A program made the translations under genes and the position numbers. 64,000 bases of DNA from the human T2T-CHM13v2.0 reference genome, Homo sapiens: assembly GCF_009914755.1 (NCBI RefSeq), contig NC_060941.1. One strand, 5' to 3'. How positions within the stretch are numbered: the stretch's first letter is position 1; each line of letters starts with the position of its first letter. Shown here piece by piece: positions 38,196-63,999 of this stretch. Below the pieces are notes generated by a model. The model was not told the origin of the DNA. It searched no databases and was given only the letters and a program-made list of their open reading frames with translations.

Positions 38196-39849
38196 TAATT
38201 TTTGTATTTTTTGTAGAGATGGGGTTTTGCCCTGTTGCCCAGGCTGGTCTCAAACTCCTGAGATCAAGCGATGTGCCCTCTTTGGCCTCCCAAAGTGCTT
38301 GGATTCCAGGCTTAAGCCACTGTGCCAGGCCAAAGTAGTTTTGAACTTTCCACTGTCAACGAAAGAAATTCTAAACACGACTGATTCCACTGAGTTTGAC
38401 CAAACTAACTGAAGACTTATTGTTGAATGTGGTAATACCATGTTTTTTCTTCACCCAAGAATCTGGGTGCTTTATAAGCATAAGCATGAAATCTCCCTGA
38501 AGATAGTATTTATGCATCCACTGAGCGCTCAAATATAGACCATATTAGAAGTTAAGCAATGGGTTGAGTGGCCAACCACATTTTGGCCAGTCCTACAAGA
38601 CTTTCTTTGACCTACCAAATGGGGTATAAATGCTTCTCGTATTCTCCCCGCCAGTAGGGACTCAAAATCTTAATAGCTCGGGGTAGTAAAAAGGATGCTA
38701 GGTTTGAATCTTGGCTTTAAGAAAACTGTGCTGAGGTGTTTTGTTTGTTTGAGACAGGGTTTCACTCTATCACCCAAGCTGGAGTGCAGTGGCGTGATCA
38801 TAGCTCACTCCCAGGCTGAAGGGATCCTCCCACCACAGACTTCTGAGTAGCTGGGACGACCGGTGCATGCCACCATGCCCGGCTAATTTTTTGTACTTTT
38901 GGTACAGACAGTGTTTCGCCATGTTGTCGAGGCTGGTCTCAAACTCATGAGCTCAAAGAGATCCACCTGCCTCGACCTCCCAAAGTGCTGGGATTACAGG
39001 CACGAGCCACTGCGCCCGGCCAGCTTTTTTTCTTTTATCAGAATTGATATTAAACTATATGCTGAGCTTCCATGTCCTTATCTTCCTTTTGGCATGGCTA
39101 TGGCCATTTGAAATGTGTGGGATTTGCTAAAGTGCTCAACATACGTTGTTTCCTTTTTTAGATCTAAGTATGTAGAGGGCTCTGATTTGCAATATTTAGA
39201 AAGTTCTTCTAAGCTGGGAAGAAAAGTCAAGACTAAGAATCATTGCCAACAGGGCCGGGCGCGGTGGCTCACGCCTGTACTCCCAGCATTTTGGGAGGCC
39301 GAGGCAGGCGGATCACGAGGTCAGGAGTTCGAGACCAGCCTGGCCAATATGGTGAAACCCCTTCTCTAATAATAATACAAAAATTAGCCGGGCATGGTGG
39401 CGTGCGCCTGTAATCCCAGGTACTCAAGAGGCTGAGGCAGGAGACTCACTTGAACCCGGGAGGCGAAGGTTGCAGTGAGCCGACATCGTGCCACTGCACT
39501 CCATCATGGGCAACACAGTGAGACTCTGTCTCAAAAAAAAAAAAAAAAAAATCGCCAATAGGTAGGGAATAAGTTACCCCCTGCTAAATAAGTTACACTC
39601 ACCTAGGCAAGGAAGGAACTCATAAACCACCTTCTAAACTGCTTGCCTTCCTCCCCGAAGTTCTGTAATTTAGAGGCGGTCACTACCACTGCTTGAACAC
39701 CCCTTCCCAAGTCTGTACCACAAAAGGAGCTCTTGTGTAGCCCAGCCCCTCCTTCTCAGGACCCCAGGAGCCCAGACACACTAATGGGGACATTAGTTGC
39801 TTACTTTTCCAGCTACTGCTTAAGCTAGGCAGGCCATGAAGAAATAACG

Positions 39850-40780
<931 letters not shown>

Positions 40781-42768
40781 CAGCGTGAAAGAGCTCCTCG
40801 ACTCCACTTACAAGTTGTCTGAATGGTTAGGAGAACTGTGGTCGTGAAAACATTTACTAATTGCTTTTCCTCTGGCAATGCCTGCTGAATGCTTTGAGGA
40901 TTGTCTCATTTAACCCTCAACCCGCTTACGTAGATTATTATATTCAGTATATGGATGAGAGAACTGATATCTTGGGGAGCTTAGGTAACTTTTCATGCTA
41001 ACTGGGTTAGGAAATACTGGAGTCAGAATTGGTTGTCTAATTTTTGCTGTTCCAAGATCCAAGGGGTAAGGGTTAAATTTCAGAAATGCAGGATTTTGTG
41101 TAGGACTAGAGACACTAAGAATGAGAAAGAGAGTAGAATCCCCGGAATCTTGAGGAAGCATAGAAAGAATATTCTCTTACGTAATTAACTGAAACACCCA
41201 AAACCTCATATTCCAGAGCATTGCAGATGGGAACCACTGCATCCTGAGACATACAAATATGAGGCTGGCGGTGGTCACTTGTTGTGCACATCTCTCTATG
41301 ACATGTCTGGACCTGTGCTATTCACTGAAGAAGATGGAACAGAATTTTAAGTTACTGCCCTTACTGATGGAAAATACAGAGGTTTCAATTCGCCTCTAAA
41401 GAATAAGTCTCGTGGACCCAGCCTTAACTGTTTAAGTCATACCGCGCGCAGACTGTGTCCCCCAAGATTTGATGGGCTCTTTTTTCTTCAACAAGTTGGC
41501 TTTTCAAAGAAGAAATGTGAGACCCTGAATAATAATGATCACTAACAACTATTGACTACTTTAGATGGTCTTGATATTCTACCAAGCTTTTTACATGTAT
41601 CGTCTCATTCCCATTTTATAGACGAAAAAAATCTGAGCAAAAAAGAAAAAGTGAAGTAACTTGCCCAAAGTCATGCAGTAAGTGGTGCCAGGATTTACAA
41701 ACCCAGGCAATCTAATTCCAGCATTCAGGCTCTTGATAGGATTTTCATTTCCTAAATGCTGTCATCACCATTGTCTTTTATTAGCCCCATATTTATGGCT
41801 CATATTCTTATCAGATCAAGCACTGATATATCAAACTGATAAGTGATGTCATCCTCACCATTATTTCTTCACCAGCTTGTTTTGTAATTGCCATTTTCTT
41901 TTCTCAGGCCACACTGTCAGATGGGTGAAATTGTGTAGTCGAGGAAGCATAAATGTATTCTTTAAAATGCTTGTGCCTTGAATAATTGTTCTCATTAGTT
42001 TGGAGTGATACATGAATTTTTTACATCAGTTATTTCCATGAAAAGTTTTTATTATAAATAATACATGCATATGTGCTTCTTAAAGTTGTACCTTGTTTTA
42101 GGCAGTTAAAACATCTATTTTCATTCTCATCTGAAAAATAATTTGTATACCTTATGAGAGCGAGATAATTATGGCTTCATAAGACCAAAAGGGATAGTAA
42201 AAATATGGTAATAGTGAGTACATTTTTATTTCTGCTTCCTGAGACACTTGTAGGTACTCAGAAATGCTTTAGTTGAATTGTTTCTGAGGTAATAGGTAAT
42301 TCTTTATGTGATGACTAAGAAAACGAATACCTTTATTAAGCTGAATTTTTTTTTTTTTTTTTTTGAGACGGAGTCTCGCACTGTCATCCAGGCTGGAATG
42401 CAGTGGTGCGATCCAGGCTGGAGTGCAGTGGTGCAGGTTCAAGTGATTGTCCTGCCTCAGCCTCCCAAGTAGCTGGAATTATAACGCGTGCCACCATGCC
42501 CGGCTAATTTTTGTATTTTTAGTAGAGACGGAGTTTCACCATGTTGGCCAGGCTGGTCTTCAACTCCTGACCTCAGGTGATCTGGCTGCCTCAGCCTCCC
42601 AAAGTACTGGGATTTTAGGCATGAGCCACTGTGTCCGGCCAAACTGAAAAATTAAATGGTTGATAGAATGTTGCATTTTTATGTTTCTCCACTCCTAGCA
42701 TCACTGTTGTCTACAAATTAATAAAGACAATCGATTATCATGTTACACTTTTAAATCTCTAAAATTAG

Positions 42769-43056
<288 letters not shown>

Positions 43057-43374
43057 TAAAATAAAGTGTTCTCCTTTTAAGGGTGGGTTTAATAACATAT
43101 TATGAAAGTAGTATTTTGTACTATCGTCAGGAAACCAAATAAGATATATATGTGCTCTTAATTTTAAGTGTGTATGTGCATTAAACAAAAATTAGCTTAC
43201 TATTTGTGTTACTTCATTATCCCTTCTTGATAAATGTATGCAATTATTCTGATGTGAAAAAGTGTTTCTTTTGCAAATTGTACTGCAGTCATAAGGTTAA
43301 ACAGGAAGTTTCTGCGTTATTCATTCCTGAGACTATATTTGAAAGTCAGATGTTTGAAAGTAGATTTATGGCTA

Positions 43375-43533
<159 letters not shown>

Positions 43534-43634
43534 CTAGCTACTTGGGAGGCTGAGGCAGGAGGATAGCTTGAGCCGGGGAGGTCAAAACTGCAGTGAGCCT
43601 TAATCACATCACTGGGCAGCAGAGTGAGACCCTA

Positions 43635-43739
<105 letters not shown>

Positions 43740-43742
43740 CTA

Positions 43743-44084
<342 letters not shown>

Positions 44085-44135
44085 TCAGGAGATCGAGACC
44101 ATCCTGGCTAACACGGTGAAACCCCGTTTCTACTA

Positions 44136-44372
<237 letters not shown>

Positions 44373-44472
44373 TTACATATAGTCGATTGGTTCACATTAT
44401 ATCTGGAGTCATGAAGAGTTAGACATTTCTGTTGCCTTGGGGAGTATATTTACATTTATAAAACTTTAGTGA

Positions 44473-44826
<354 letters not shown>

Positions 44827-45184
44827 TAATTACTGGACAGTTAACTAGTGTTAAACTCTTTTACTACTGTTACAAAATGAGAAATGCCACAGCCTGGACT
44901 GGCTTTTTTTTGTTCCCCTTTTATGGCCCTCACTTCTTCCTGTAGGAGCTTTGGGACAAAACCTATGTATGTATTTCAGTCATCATACTCCATCTTATCA
45001 GGTGTAAGTTAACGGTGCCGGACACCTTAATATAAGCAACTGTTGTTAAATGCTTTCCAATGTATAAGGACTTCCATATTGGTTTTCCAAAAACCAAAGG
45101 TAGCTTTGAAAACCACGTCTGAGGCCGGATGCAGTGCTCATGCCTGTAATCCCAGCCCTTTGGGAGGCCAAGGCGGGTGGATCA

Positions 45185-45511
<327 letters not shown>

Positions 45512-45566
45512 CTAATTGTTAAAGTGTTTGGGAGGTGTTGTTTTGGTGCTTGTTATGTGAAAATAA

Positions 45567-46286
<720 letters not shown>

Positions 46287-46333
46287 TGATCTGCCTGCCT
46301 TGGCCTCCCAAAGTGCTGGGATTACAGGCATGA

Positions 46334-46495
<162 letters not shown>

Positions 46496-46625
46496 TAAAC
46501 AGTTTTTTGAAAGATAATTTATAGGCCGGGTGCAGTGTCTCATTCCTGTAAACCCAGCACTTTGGGAGGCCGAGGCGGGCGGATCACCTGAAGTCAGGAG
46601 CCATGGCGAAACCCCGTCTGTACTA

Positions 46626-46820
<195 letters not shown>

Positions 46821-46863
46821 TTATTCTTTCAATTACTTATAAATTAAATGGCTTATGGGTTGA

Positions 46864-47052
<189 letters not shown>

Positions 47053-47370
47053 TAGCAGAGATGGAGTTTCACCATGCTGGCCAGGCTGGTCTCGAACTCC
47101 TGACCTTGTGATCTTCCCGCCTCGGCCTCCCAAAGTGCTGGGATTACAGGCATGAGCTACAGCGCCCGGCCTATTGTTTTCTTTTTCTTTGTTTTATTTA
47201 TTTTTTGGATGTGCGGTCTTTATTCTTTCCAATAAAAGTTTTAAAAAAAATGCTTTTCATAAGATTTCCTTTAAATGAGTATATTTCCTTTAAATGAGTG
47301 TAGTCAGCTGGATTTTTTTTTTTCATGGAGGTACTAAGTGTCCCATTTCGCTGATGACCAGCATGGTTAC

Positions 47371-48200
<830 letters not shown>

Positions 48201-48308
48201 CCTTAAAGCTACCTATTTCACAATGTGTGTTTGTAATAGTGTCTTAAAACCTTACTGTAACTAGAGTAGGTGTAGCACTAGGATATAAAGTTTTTATTTT
48301 TATTTTAA

Positions 48309-48542
<234 letters not shown>

Positions 48543-49210
48543 TGATCTGCCCACCTCAGCCTCCCAAAGCGCTGGGATTACAGGCGTGAGCCACCACACC
48601 TGGCCTAAAGTTTTTAAATGATTGATATGAGATTAAATTGTCATTGTTTTGGTGAAAATTTGACTCTGCTAAGTGTCTATTTGCAATAGGAAATGTTTTC
48701 TATTTTAAAATATAGCTTCTTGTTTTTTCAGTGTTAATATTTAAGTACATTTTATTTATTTTTAATATTTTACTTTTTGTGAAACAGGGTCTCACTTTGT
48801 CATCCAGGCCGGATTGCAGTGGCATGATCACAATTCACTGCAGCCTTGACCTCCCTGGGCTCAGGTGATCCTCTCACTTCAGCCCCCCAAGTAGCTGGGG
48901 CTACAGGTGGGCACTACCATGCCCAGCTAATTTTTTTTGCATTTTTTGTAGAGACGGAGTTTCACCATGTTGCCCAGGCTGGTCTTGAACTCACGGGCTC
49001 AAGAGATCTGCGTGCCTTGGCCTCCTAAAGTGTTAGAATTACAGGCGTGAGCCACCACGCCTGGCTAAGTGCATTTTAAAATGCAGTAACTGGCCGGGTG
49101 TGGTGACTCACGCCTGTAATCCCAGCACTTCAGGAGGCAGAGGCAGGCAGATCACGAGGTCAGGAGATCGAGACCATCCTTGCTAACATGGTGAAACCCC
49201 GTCTCTACTA

Positions 49211-49666
<456 letters not shown>

Positions 49667-50451
49667 TAGTGATCCACCCAGCTTCCCAAAGTGCTGTGAT
49701 TACAAGTGTGAGCCACCACGCCCAGCCTCAAACTGTTTGTTTTAAACATCCAATCTAAGAAAGATTTTATATAATTGTTGCCAGTTAAATATCAAATTAT
49801 ACTATAGCATTCAAGAGAAAAAATGCTTCATTTGAACATTTTTTCTAACTGTGTTTTATTTTTTTGTTTTTTTTTTTGAGACAGAGTTTTCATTCTGTCA
49901 CCCAGGTTGGAGTACAGTGCCGCTATCATTGCTTACTGCAGCCTTGACCTCCCAGGCTCAAGCAATCCTCTCACCTTAACCTCCTGAGTAGCTACGACCA
50001 GAGTTGCACACCATCACACCTGACTAATTTCTGTATTTTTTGCAGAGATGGGGTTTTCCATGTTGCCCAGGCTGCCGTTAACTCTTAATTTGTAGTCCTA
50101 TAGAAAAAAGCAAGAAAGAGAAACTTCCATTATGTTACTTCTGTTCAATGAAGCCAGTGACTAGAAATATGAAAAGGCAGGCATTAAAACACTAGTTGTA
50201 TATGTTTATAAATAATTTTACATAGCCTAATATGTAAGGAAACAGTGGAAAAATGTGAAAATAATAGATCAGGTCGGGTGTGGTGGTTCATGCCTGTAAT
50301 CCCAGGCGTGAATTTGGGAAGCTGAGGTGAGCAGATCACTTGAGGTCAGGAGTTCAAGACCGGCCTGGCCAACAAGGTGAAACCCCGTCTCTACTAAAAA
50401 TACAAAAATTAGCTGGGCATGGTGGCGAGTGACTGTAATCCCAGCTACTCA

Positions 50452-50550
<99 letters not shown>

Positions 50551-50749
50551 TTATCTAAAAAAAAAAAAAAAAAATCAAGTGGCTGGGCACAGTGGTTTAT
50601 GCCTGTAATCCCAGTGCTTTGGGAGGCTGGGGCAGGAGGATCCCTTGAGCCTAGGAATTCGAGGTTGCAGCGAGCTATGATTGTGCCACTGTGCTCCAGC
50701 CTGGGCGTCAGAGTGAGACCTTATCTCTAAACAGATTAAGAGAGACATC

Positions 50750-50885
50750 AGGTGGGGGGCGGCGACGGATAGCATTAGGAGATATACCTAATATAAATGA
50801 CGAGTTAATGGGTACAGCACACCAAAATGGCACATGTATACATATGTAACCTGCACGTTGTGCACATGTACCCTAGAACTTTAAT
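50750..50885 (+). mobile_element. Short L1PA 3'-end fragment
   Basis: ggatagcattaggagatatacctaat...gtgcacatgtaccctagaactt. Confidence 0.85.
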
Positions 50886-51041
50886 TAAAAGATCAGGAAT
50901 TATGAACTGTTTATAGTAATTTTGCTATAATTTGTCATCTTTCAGTTAAAGAATTTTGTTATCCAAAGGAGAACATTTTGTTATTAAAAAGCATTGTTTT
51001 TCTACAATTGCCAATACATCCAAACAGGTAAAACTAATTAA

Positions 51042-51197
<156 letters not shown>

Positions 51198-51513
51198 TGA
51201 GTCAGACTACTGAAATGTAACTAACCAAGTATTTTTTGAGGTGTTTGATAAGCATGAAAAAATAACCAGTACAGTAGCATAAAATCAAAGTCAAAGCCAA
51301 TTGAGAAAATCTCTTCCTTCCTTGACCTACAATTTATTTATATTTATATTTGTTTTGTGTATGTATATGTATATATAGTTTATGCTCAGAGTAAGAAATT
51401 GAAATAATATAGAAGTTTCATTTCCAGTAATAGTGGAATAGCTCCTATCAAACCACATTGTATAGAAAGGTATGAAATGAAAAATAAAAACTTCCTTGTG
51501 CTACTGTTTTCTA

Positions 51514-51702
<189 letters not shown>

Positions 51703-51945
51703 CTACCAAGGGCTGGGTGGAGCAGGCCTGAGGTGGGAGGATTGCTTGAGCCCAGCAGTTCAAGGCTACATTGAGCTACCGTGCCATCATGTATCACCTT
51801 TTTTTTTTTTTTTTTTTTTTTTTTTGGGTAGAAATGGAGTCAACTCCTGGGGTTAAGCGATTCTCCCACCTCAGCCTCCCAGAGTGCTGGGATTATAGGC
51901 ATGAGCCACTGTGCCTGGCCCTTTAATTTTGGTAAACATTATCAG

Positions 51946-52620
<675 letters not shown>

Positions 52621-52808
52621 ATATCGCCCTTCAGAAAGACTGCACCAATTTCTACTCTTACTGACAATATATGAGAATGCCTATTACCCATCATCCTGAC
52701 CTTTTGAATATTTTTGCCAAGATTCTGCATGGAAAATGCCATCTCTTTGTTATTTTATTTATTTTAATTAATTAATTAATTTTTTTTTTGAGTCGCCCAG
52801 TCTGACTA

Positions 52809-55935
<3,127 letters not shown>

Positions 55936-56225
55936 AGCAGTGGTCATGTGTGGAGTCATGAAAAATCGAATCAACCTGTGCACATATTCCCAGCTGACGT
56001 TGAACAAGGTCATGTTCTGCCTTTTTATTTCAGCTCTCTACTGTAAACAAGTGTCCTTTTCACAGTCTTTATAATGCCACTTTTTTTTGCATTTTTGTGC
56101 TTTTTATTAGTGTTCACCTGTTCTTCATCACTTCAACCAGTTTCATTTTCTTATAATTATCGGAAATTACCTTATTTGTGTGTTTGTTTGCATATTAATG
56201 GTCCCTTACTCCACTAAAACATAAC

Positions 56226-56456
56226 CTCCAAGAGAGCAGGGACCTTCTCTCTTATTTACTATATTCTTCTCTCTTATTTACTATATCATCCCCAATGCCT
56301 GGAACAGTAAATAGCATATAGGAAAGGAGGTGTCAATTAATACTTGCTAAATGAAGAAACAAATACTCTAAATAAAACAACTTACTTAGGCATTGCTTCA
56401 TAAAAGCCTCTTGTTTAATCCAACCCTTACTAGATAGAAAAAAACATAGCATTGGA
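56226..56456 (+). repeat. Inverted repeat left arm (231 bp, partly L2-derived)
   Basis: Reverse complement of 57423-57653 with 3 mismatches. Confidence 0.95.
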
Positions 56457-57422
56457 GTCTTTTGTTTGTTTACATTTGGGTTAGTTTCCAGATTCTTTTT
56501 GATTTGGGGATCTTAAGGTTTATATATTGGTTTATTTTTCTAACTTCACTGTTTATTTTTTGCTTTGGGGGGGGCTTTCTTTTGAAAGGGTTTTGCTCTG
56601 TCCCCCAGGCTGGAGTGCATGGCAGGGTTTCACCACGTTGGCCAGGCTGGTCTCAAACTCCTGACCTCGTGATCCACCTGCTTCGGCCTCCCAAAGTGCT
56701 GGGATTACAGATGTGAGCCACCGCGCCCAGCCTGAAGGTTTTTTTGTTTTTTGTTTTTTGTTTTAGGAAACATAAAAAGAACCCGGAAGGTAAAATTGGT
56801 ATATTTAATTGACAAATGTGTTGTTTTACCAAGACTTTTTCTTTAAGCCTTTTCAGAATGTTTTACAAAGACTTTAAATGTGCTTTTTATCAGTAAAGAC
56901 TGTGTACAGTGGCAAGTTAAAGAAAATTATAATTATTCCTTTTTCTTTTTGAATTACTTTTTTTTTTTTTTTTTTTTGAGACAAAGTCTCACTCTGTCGC
57001 CCAGGCTGGAGTACAGTGGCGCAACCTCTGCCACCAGGGTTCAAGAGATTCTCCTGCCTCAGCCTCCTGAGTACCTGGGATTACAGGTGCCTGCCACTGT
57101 GCCTGGCTAATTTTTGTAGTTTTAGCAGAGATGGGGTTTCACCATCTTGGCCAGGCTGGTCTTGAACTCCTGACCTCGTGATCCACCTGCCTCGGCCTCC
57201 CAAAGTGCTGGGATTACAGGTGTGAGCCACCGCGCCCAGCCTTTGAATTACTTTTTTAAAGTTGAGAAATTATCAAAGCAGAGTCCGTTTTAACTTTTAG
57301 TGATTATTGCAGAAAGCACTGGCTGAACAGCTTTGTAACTTTCCAAAAGAAAGCCATACTTTAGACAGTTGGAAATAAAGCCCTGGGTTTTAAGGTTTTT
57401 TCCTGTAATGGACTATGGTTTT

Positions 57423-57653
57423 TCCAATGCTATGTTTTTTTCTATCTAGTAAGGGTTGGATTAAAGAAGAGGCTTTTATGAAGCAATGTCTAAGTAAGTT
57501 GTTTTATTTAGAGTATTTGTTTCTTCATTTAGCAAGTATTAATTGACACCTCCTTTCCTATATGCTATTTACTGTTCCAGGCATTGGGGATGATATAGTA
57601 AATAAGACAGAAGAATATAGTAAATAAGAGAGAAGGTCCCTGCTCTCTTGGAG
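57423..57653 (-). repeat. Inverted repeat right arm (231 bp)
   Basis: Reverse complement of 56226-56456. Confidence 0.95.
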
Positions 57654-57723
57654 AGAGAGAGCATTTTTATTATTATTATTTTATTTTTCGTAACAAATCT
57701 AATATTATCTCTTCTGTATTTAG

Positions 57724-57867
<144 letters not shown>

Positions 57868-58053
57868 TAGTGAAGAGAGTTTTATAACAAAGTCAAGACT
57901 GTATAAAATGTTAATGTCTAGAAATGTCAAAATAGCGTTTGCCTGACAAATAATATAGACATGCAGTTTTGAGTAAAGTTACGTTTGGTTGGTTTCCATT
58001 AAAAAATTCTGGTCATAAGTGTCAGTTTTCCTGGAAAATAACAAGCATAATTA

Positions 58054-58359
<306 letters not shown>

Positions 58360-60885
58360 TCAAGGCAAAAAAAAAAAAAAAGGACTTTGTTTGATAAAGA
58401 AATGCCACCTTTGTTAATTGCAGTGTCTTCTTTGTTTAAATATACTTTGGATGTTTTTCAGGTTAACTCTTCCAACATCCCTGGTTTTCTTCTCCTTTGA
58501 GTCTTTGATTATTATGTGGTATGTAATCACAGATTCAGATGGATTGAAACATAACCGGTGTAAACAACCTAGATGCTTTGAGGTAGAGCTAAATAACTCT
58601 TGAAGATTTGAAATGTGAGGAGAGAAGTAAATATCGGCTCAGAAGGGAAGAGATTTTTTTTTTTAAAGTTTTACCTCACTCCTCTTTAACTGCTTGTTTG
58701 CCATTACTTCCCACCCTGAATCCACATCCCACCACTGACACAAATACACACATTTGTCTGGGAGTAAGATGTAAGGTCAAACTGCTTAACTTGATTTCTT
58801 TGTCTTTACCTTAATTAGAGAGACCTTAGCACATACCTGTAATACATCATAAGTAAATAAAGAACTTCCTCAGTAAAGTCATTTTAAAGCATACTTTTTT
58901 CTTTGAATTTCCAATTTTTTTTGCCATATGCTGAAAAGCATAGTGCCCTGTGTTTGAATTACTTTTTGCTTAAATTAATTGTAATTTAGCCTTTTGTTAA
59001 TATCAGTGAAGAGCCTCCAGTAGGGGGCACTCAAGACTAATAGGTTGCATAGTTCCTTATGTTTTTAACAGAAATAGCTTCACCTTTTCCGACTAAAAAA
59101 GCAATCCAAACAATAACATCAAATAGTAGGTAGTGTTTAAGAAGAGTGATGTAAATATAAACGTCCTAACATGGAAGAAGATATATACATATATGTTATT
59201 GAGTGAAGAAATTTAAGTTGTATATAAAATATATTTAATGTTACCTCAGTTTAGAGAAAACTTATAATTATATGTATGCATTTATATTTGTATATATGAA
59301 GAGAAAGATCTGAAAGGACCAAAACATTAACAGTGGCTACTTCTTTTTTATTTTTTTGGAGACAGAATCTTACTGAAGTGCAGTGGTACAATCAGGGCTC
59401 GCCACAGCCTCGACATCTCGGGCTCAAGTGATCCTGCCACCTCAGCCTCCCTAGTAGCTGAGACTAGAGGCACATGCCACCATGCCCGGCTAATTTTTGT
59501 ATTTTTTTTTTTGTAGAGATGGGGTTTCACCATGTTGCCCAGCTGGTCAGAAGGCGGAGGTTGGGCTCAAGCGATCATCTGCCGGCCTCAGCCTCCTAAA
59601 GTACTAGGATTACATGCATAAGCCACTGTGCCCAGACTTGGCTTCTTCAAAGGATGGGATTTTGTAGGGTTAGGGACACACTTTCCCTCTCTTACTTTAT
59701 AATTTCTTTGCTTGAAGGTTTTTTTTCCCAATTAACATATATATAACATGTATGGCTTTTGATAATGTATTTTATAATTTTAAGGCCAGATGTGGTAACT
59801 CACACCTGTAATCCCAGCACTTTTGGAAGGCCAAAGTGGGAGGACCGCCTGAAGCCAGGAGTTTGAGACCAGCCTGAACAACAAAGCTTGACCCCATCTC
59901 TAAAAAAAAAAATACATAAAATAAGAATAATTGGCCGGGCACGGCGGCTCACATCTGTAATGCCAGCACTTTGGGAGACTGAGGTGGGCGGATCATGAGG
60001 TCAGGAGTTCGAGACCAGCCTGACCAACATGGTGAAACCCCATCTCTACTAAAAATACAAAAAATAGTCAGGCGTGGTGGCATGCCTGTAATCCCAGCTA
60101 CTCAGGAGGCTGAGGCAGGGGAATCATTTGAACCCAGAAGGCGGAGGTTGCAGTGAGCCAAGATTGCGCCACTGCACTCCATCCTGGGCGAGAGAGCAAC
60201 ACTCCATCTCAAAAAAAAAAAAAAAAAAAAAGAAATTTTAAGTTATGTATGCTTTTTGTAAAAGAAAAAAAAAGTTCTAAACAATAAAAAATGTAGGAAG
60301 CGATTATTCATTACTCAGAGATTGTGTAAATATTGTTGTCTGGTGTAAATATTTTTGCAGACTTCATGCATATACAAACTTACGTTTTAGAAAATGAGGT
60401 CATAGGCCAGGTGTGGTGGCTCACGCCTGTAATCCCAGCACTTTGGGAGGCCAAGGCGGGCAGATCACGAGGTCAGGAGATCGAGACCATCCTGGCTAAC
60501 ACGGTGAAACCCCATCTCTACTAAAAATACAAAAAAGTAGCTAGGCTTGATGGCGGGCGCCTGTAATTTCAGCTACTCGGGAGGCTGAGGCAGGAGAATG
60601 GCATGAACCCGGGAGGCGGAGCTTGCAGTGAGCTGAGATACGCCACTGCACTCCAGCCTGGGCGACAGAGCAAGACTCCGTCTCAAAAAAAAAAGAAAAT
60701 GAGGTCATGCCACCGCAGTGGCTCACGCCTGTAATCCCAGCACTTTGGGAGGCCAAGGTGGGAGGATCACTTGAGCCCATGAGTTTGAGACCAGCCTGGG
60801 AAATATAGTGAGACTTCATCGCTACAAATTTTTAAAAAAATCTTAGCCAAGCATAGTGGCATGCACCTATAGTTCTAGCTACTTA

Positions 60886-60990
<105 letters not shown>

Positions 60991-61417
60991 TCAAAAACAC
61001 AAAAAGAAATGAAAATGAGGTCATATTATACATGCTATTATGCAAAGCAGTTTTCTGTTTTTCACTTAATATATTGTGAACATCTTTCCATGTATACTAC
61101 TTTTTTTTTCCATGTACACTACTTATAAGTCTGCTTTACACTAACAGCTGCATAGTATTTTGCTGTATGACTGTAGCATAGGTTTTTTTTGTATTTGTAT
61201 TTGTTTTTGGGTTTTCTTTTTTATGAGACAGGGTCTCGCTCTGTCATCCAGGCTAGAGTGCAGTGGCATGATCTTGGTTCACTGTAGCCTCAATCTCCTG
61301 GGCTTAAGCAATCCTTTCACCTCAGCCTCTTGAGTAACTGAGACCACAGGCACACACCACCACACCCAGCCAATTTTTAAATTTTTTGTAGAGGCTGGGC
61401 ACGGTGGCTCACACCTA

Positions 61418-61666
<249 letters not shown>

Positions 61667-62223
61667 CTAGCTCCAAAATAAATAAATAAATAAGTTTTTT
61701 GTAGAGATGAGGTCTCACTATGTTGCCTAGGCTGTTCTTGAACTCCTGGGCTTAAGGGATCCATCTGCTTCAGCCTTCCATAGGCATGAGCCACTGTGCC
61801 CACCCTGTAGCGTAGTTTTTTTAACCACCTCCTTATTGATGGTCTCTCTCTTTTTTTTTTTTCTGTTTTAGATAGAGTCTTCCTCTCTCACCCAGGTTGG
61901 AGTACAGTGTCACACTCTTGGCTCACTGCAGCCTCCACCTCCCAGGTTCCAGAGCTTCTCATTCCACAGTCTCCCGAATAGCTGGGATTACAGGCGTGCA
62001 CCACCACACCTGGCTAATTTTTGTATTTTTAGTAGAGATGGGGTTTCACCATGTTGGCCAGGCTGGTCTCAAACTCCTGACCTCAAGTGATCGACCCTCC
62101 TCGGCCTCCCAAAGTGCTGGGATTACAGGTGTGAGCCACCACAGCTAGTCTAGAATAAATTTCTTAAAGTGAAAATATTAAGCCAAAGGAATCGATTTTT
62201 GAACATTTTGTTTTATGTTATAA

Positions 62224-62559
<336 letters not shown>

Positions 62560-62902
62560 TGATCCACCCGCCTCAGCCTCCCAAAGTGCTGGGATTATAC
62601 GCGTGAGCCACCACGCCCAGCTAGGTACCAGTCTTTTAAATCTTTGCCAAATTGATATGGAGAAAGTCCTTTAAAAATATGTTTTTTGGATTATTGGCAT
62701 AATTTTTTAAACAGCCTTAATGACATATATGATTCATCCTTGCAGTGTGCACAATTCAGTGATTTTCAGTGTATCCACAGAGTTTTGCAAACATCACCAC
62801 TGTATAATTTTAGAATATTTCCGTCATCCTAAAAAAGAAACCCCAACCTCACAGTGAATTTCAGAATATTTAAAATGTCTGCTCCTTCAGTGTCACGTTT
62901 CA

Positions 62903-63364
<462 letters not shown>

Positions 63365-63681
63365 CTATTCTACCCTCCCCCAGTCCCTCACAACCACTAG
63401 TATGCTTTCTGTTTCTGTGAATTTGTCTTTTCTGGACATTTTATATAAGCAGATCATACAGTATATGGCCTTTTATGTCTGACTTCTTTCACTTAGCGTG
63501 ATGTTTTCAAGGTTTATCTGTATTTTAGCACCCATCAGTATCTTTTTAATGACTAATTTTGCATTTTATGGATATATCACATTTTGTTTATCTGTTCATT
63601 GGTTGAAGGACATTGCATGGCAGAAATATTTTTAAAGCTCTGAAGTTCATAATTTCAAGTGATTGTTACTTTACTGTTTTA

Positions 63682-63999
<318 letters not shown>

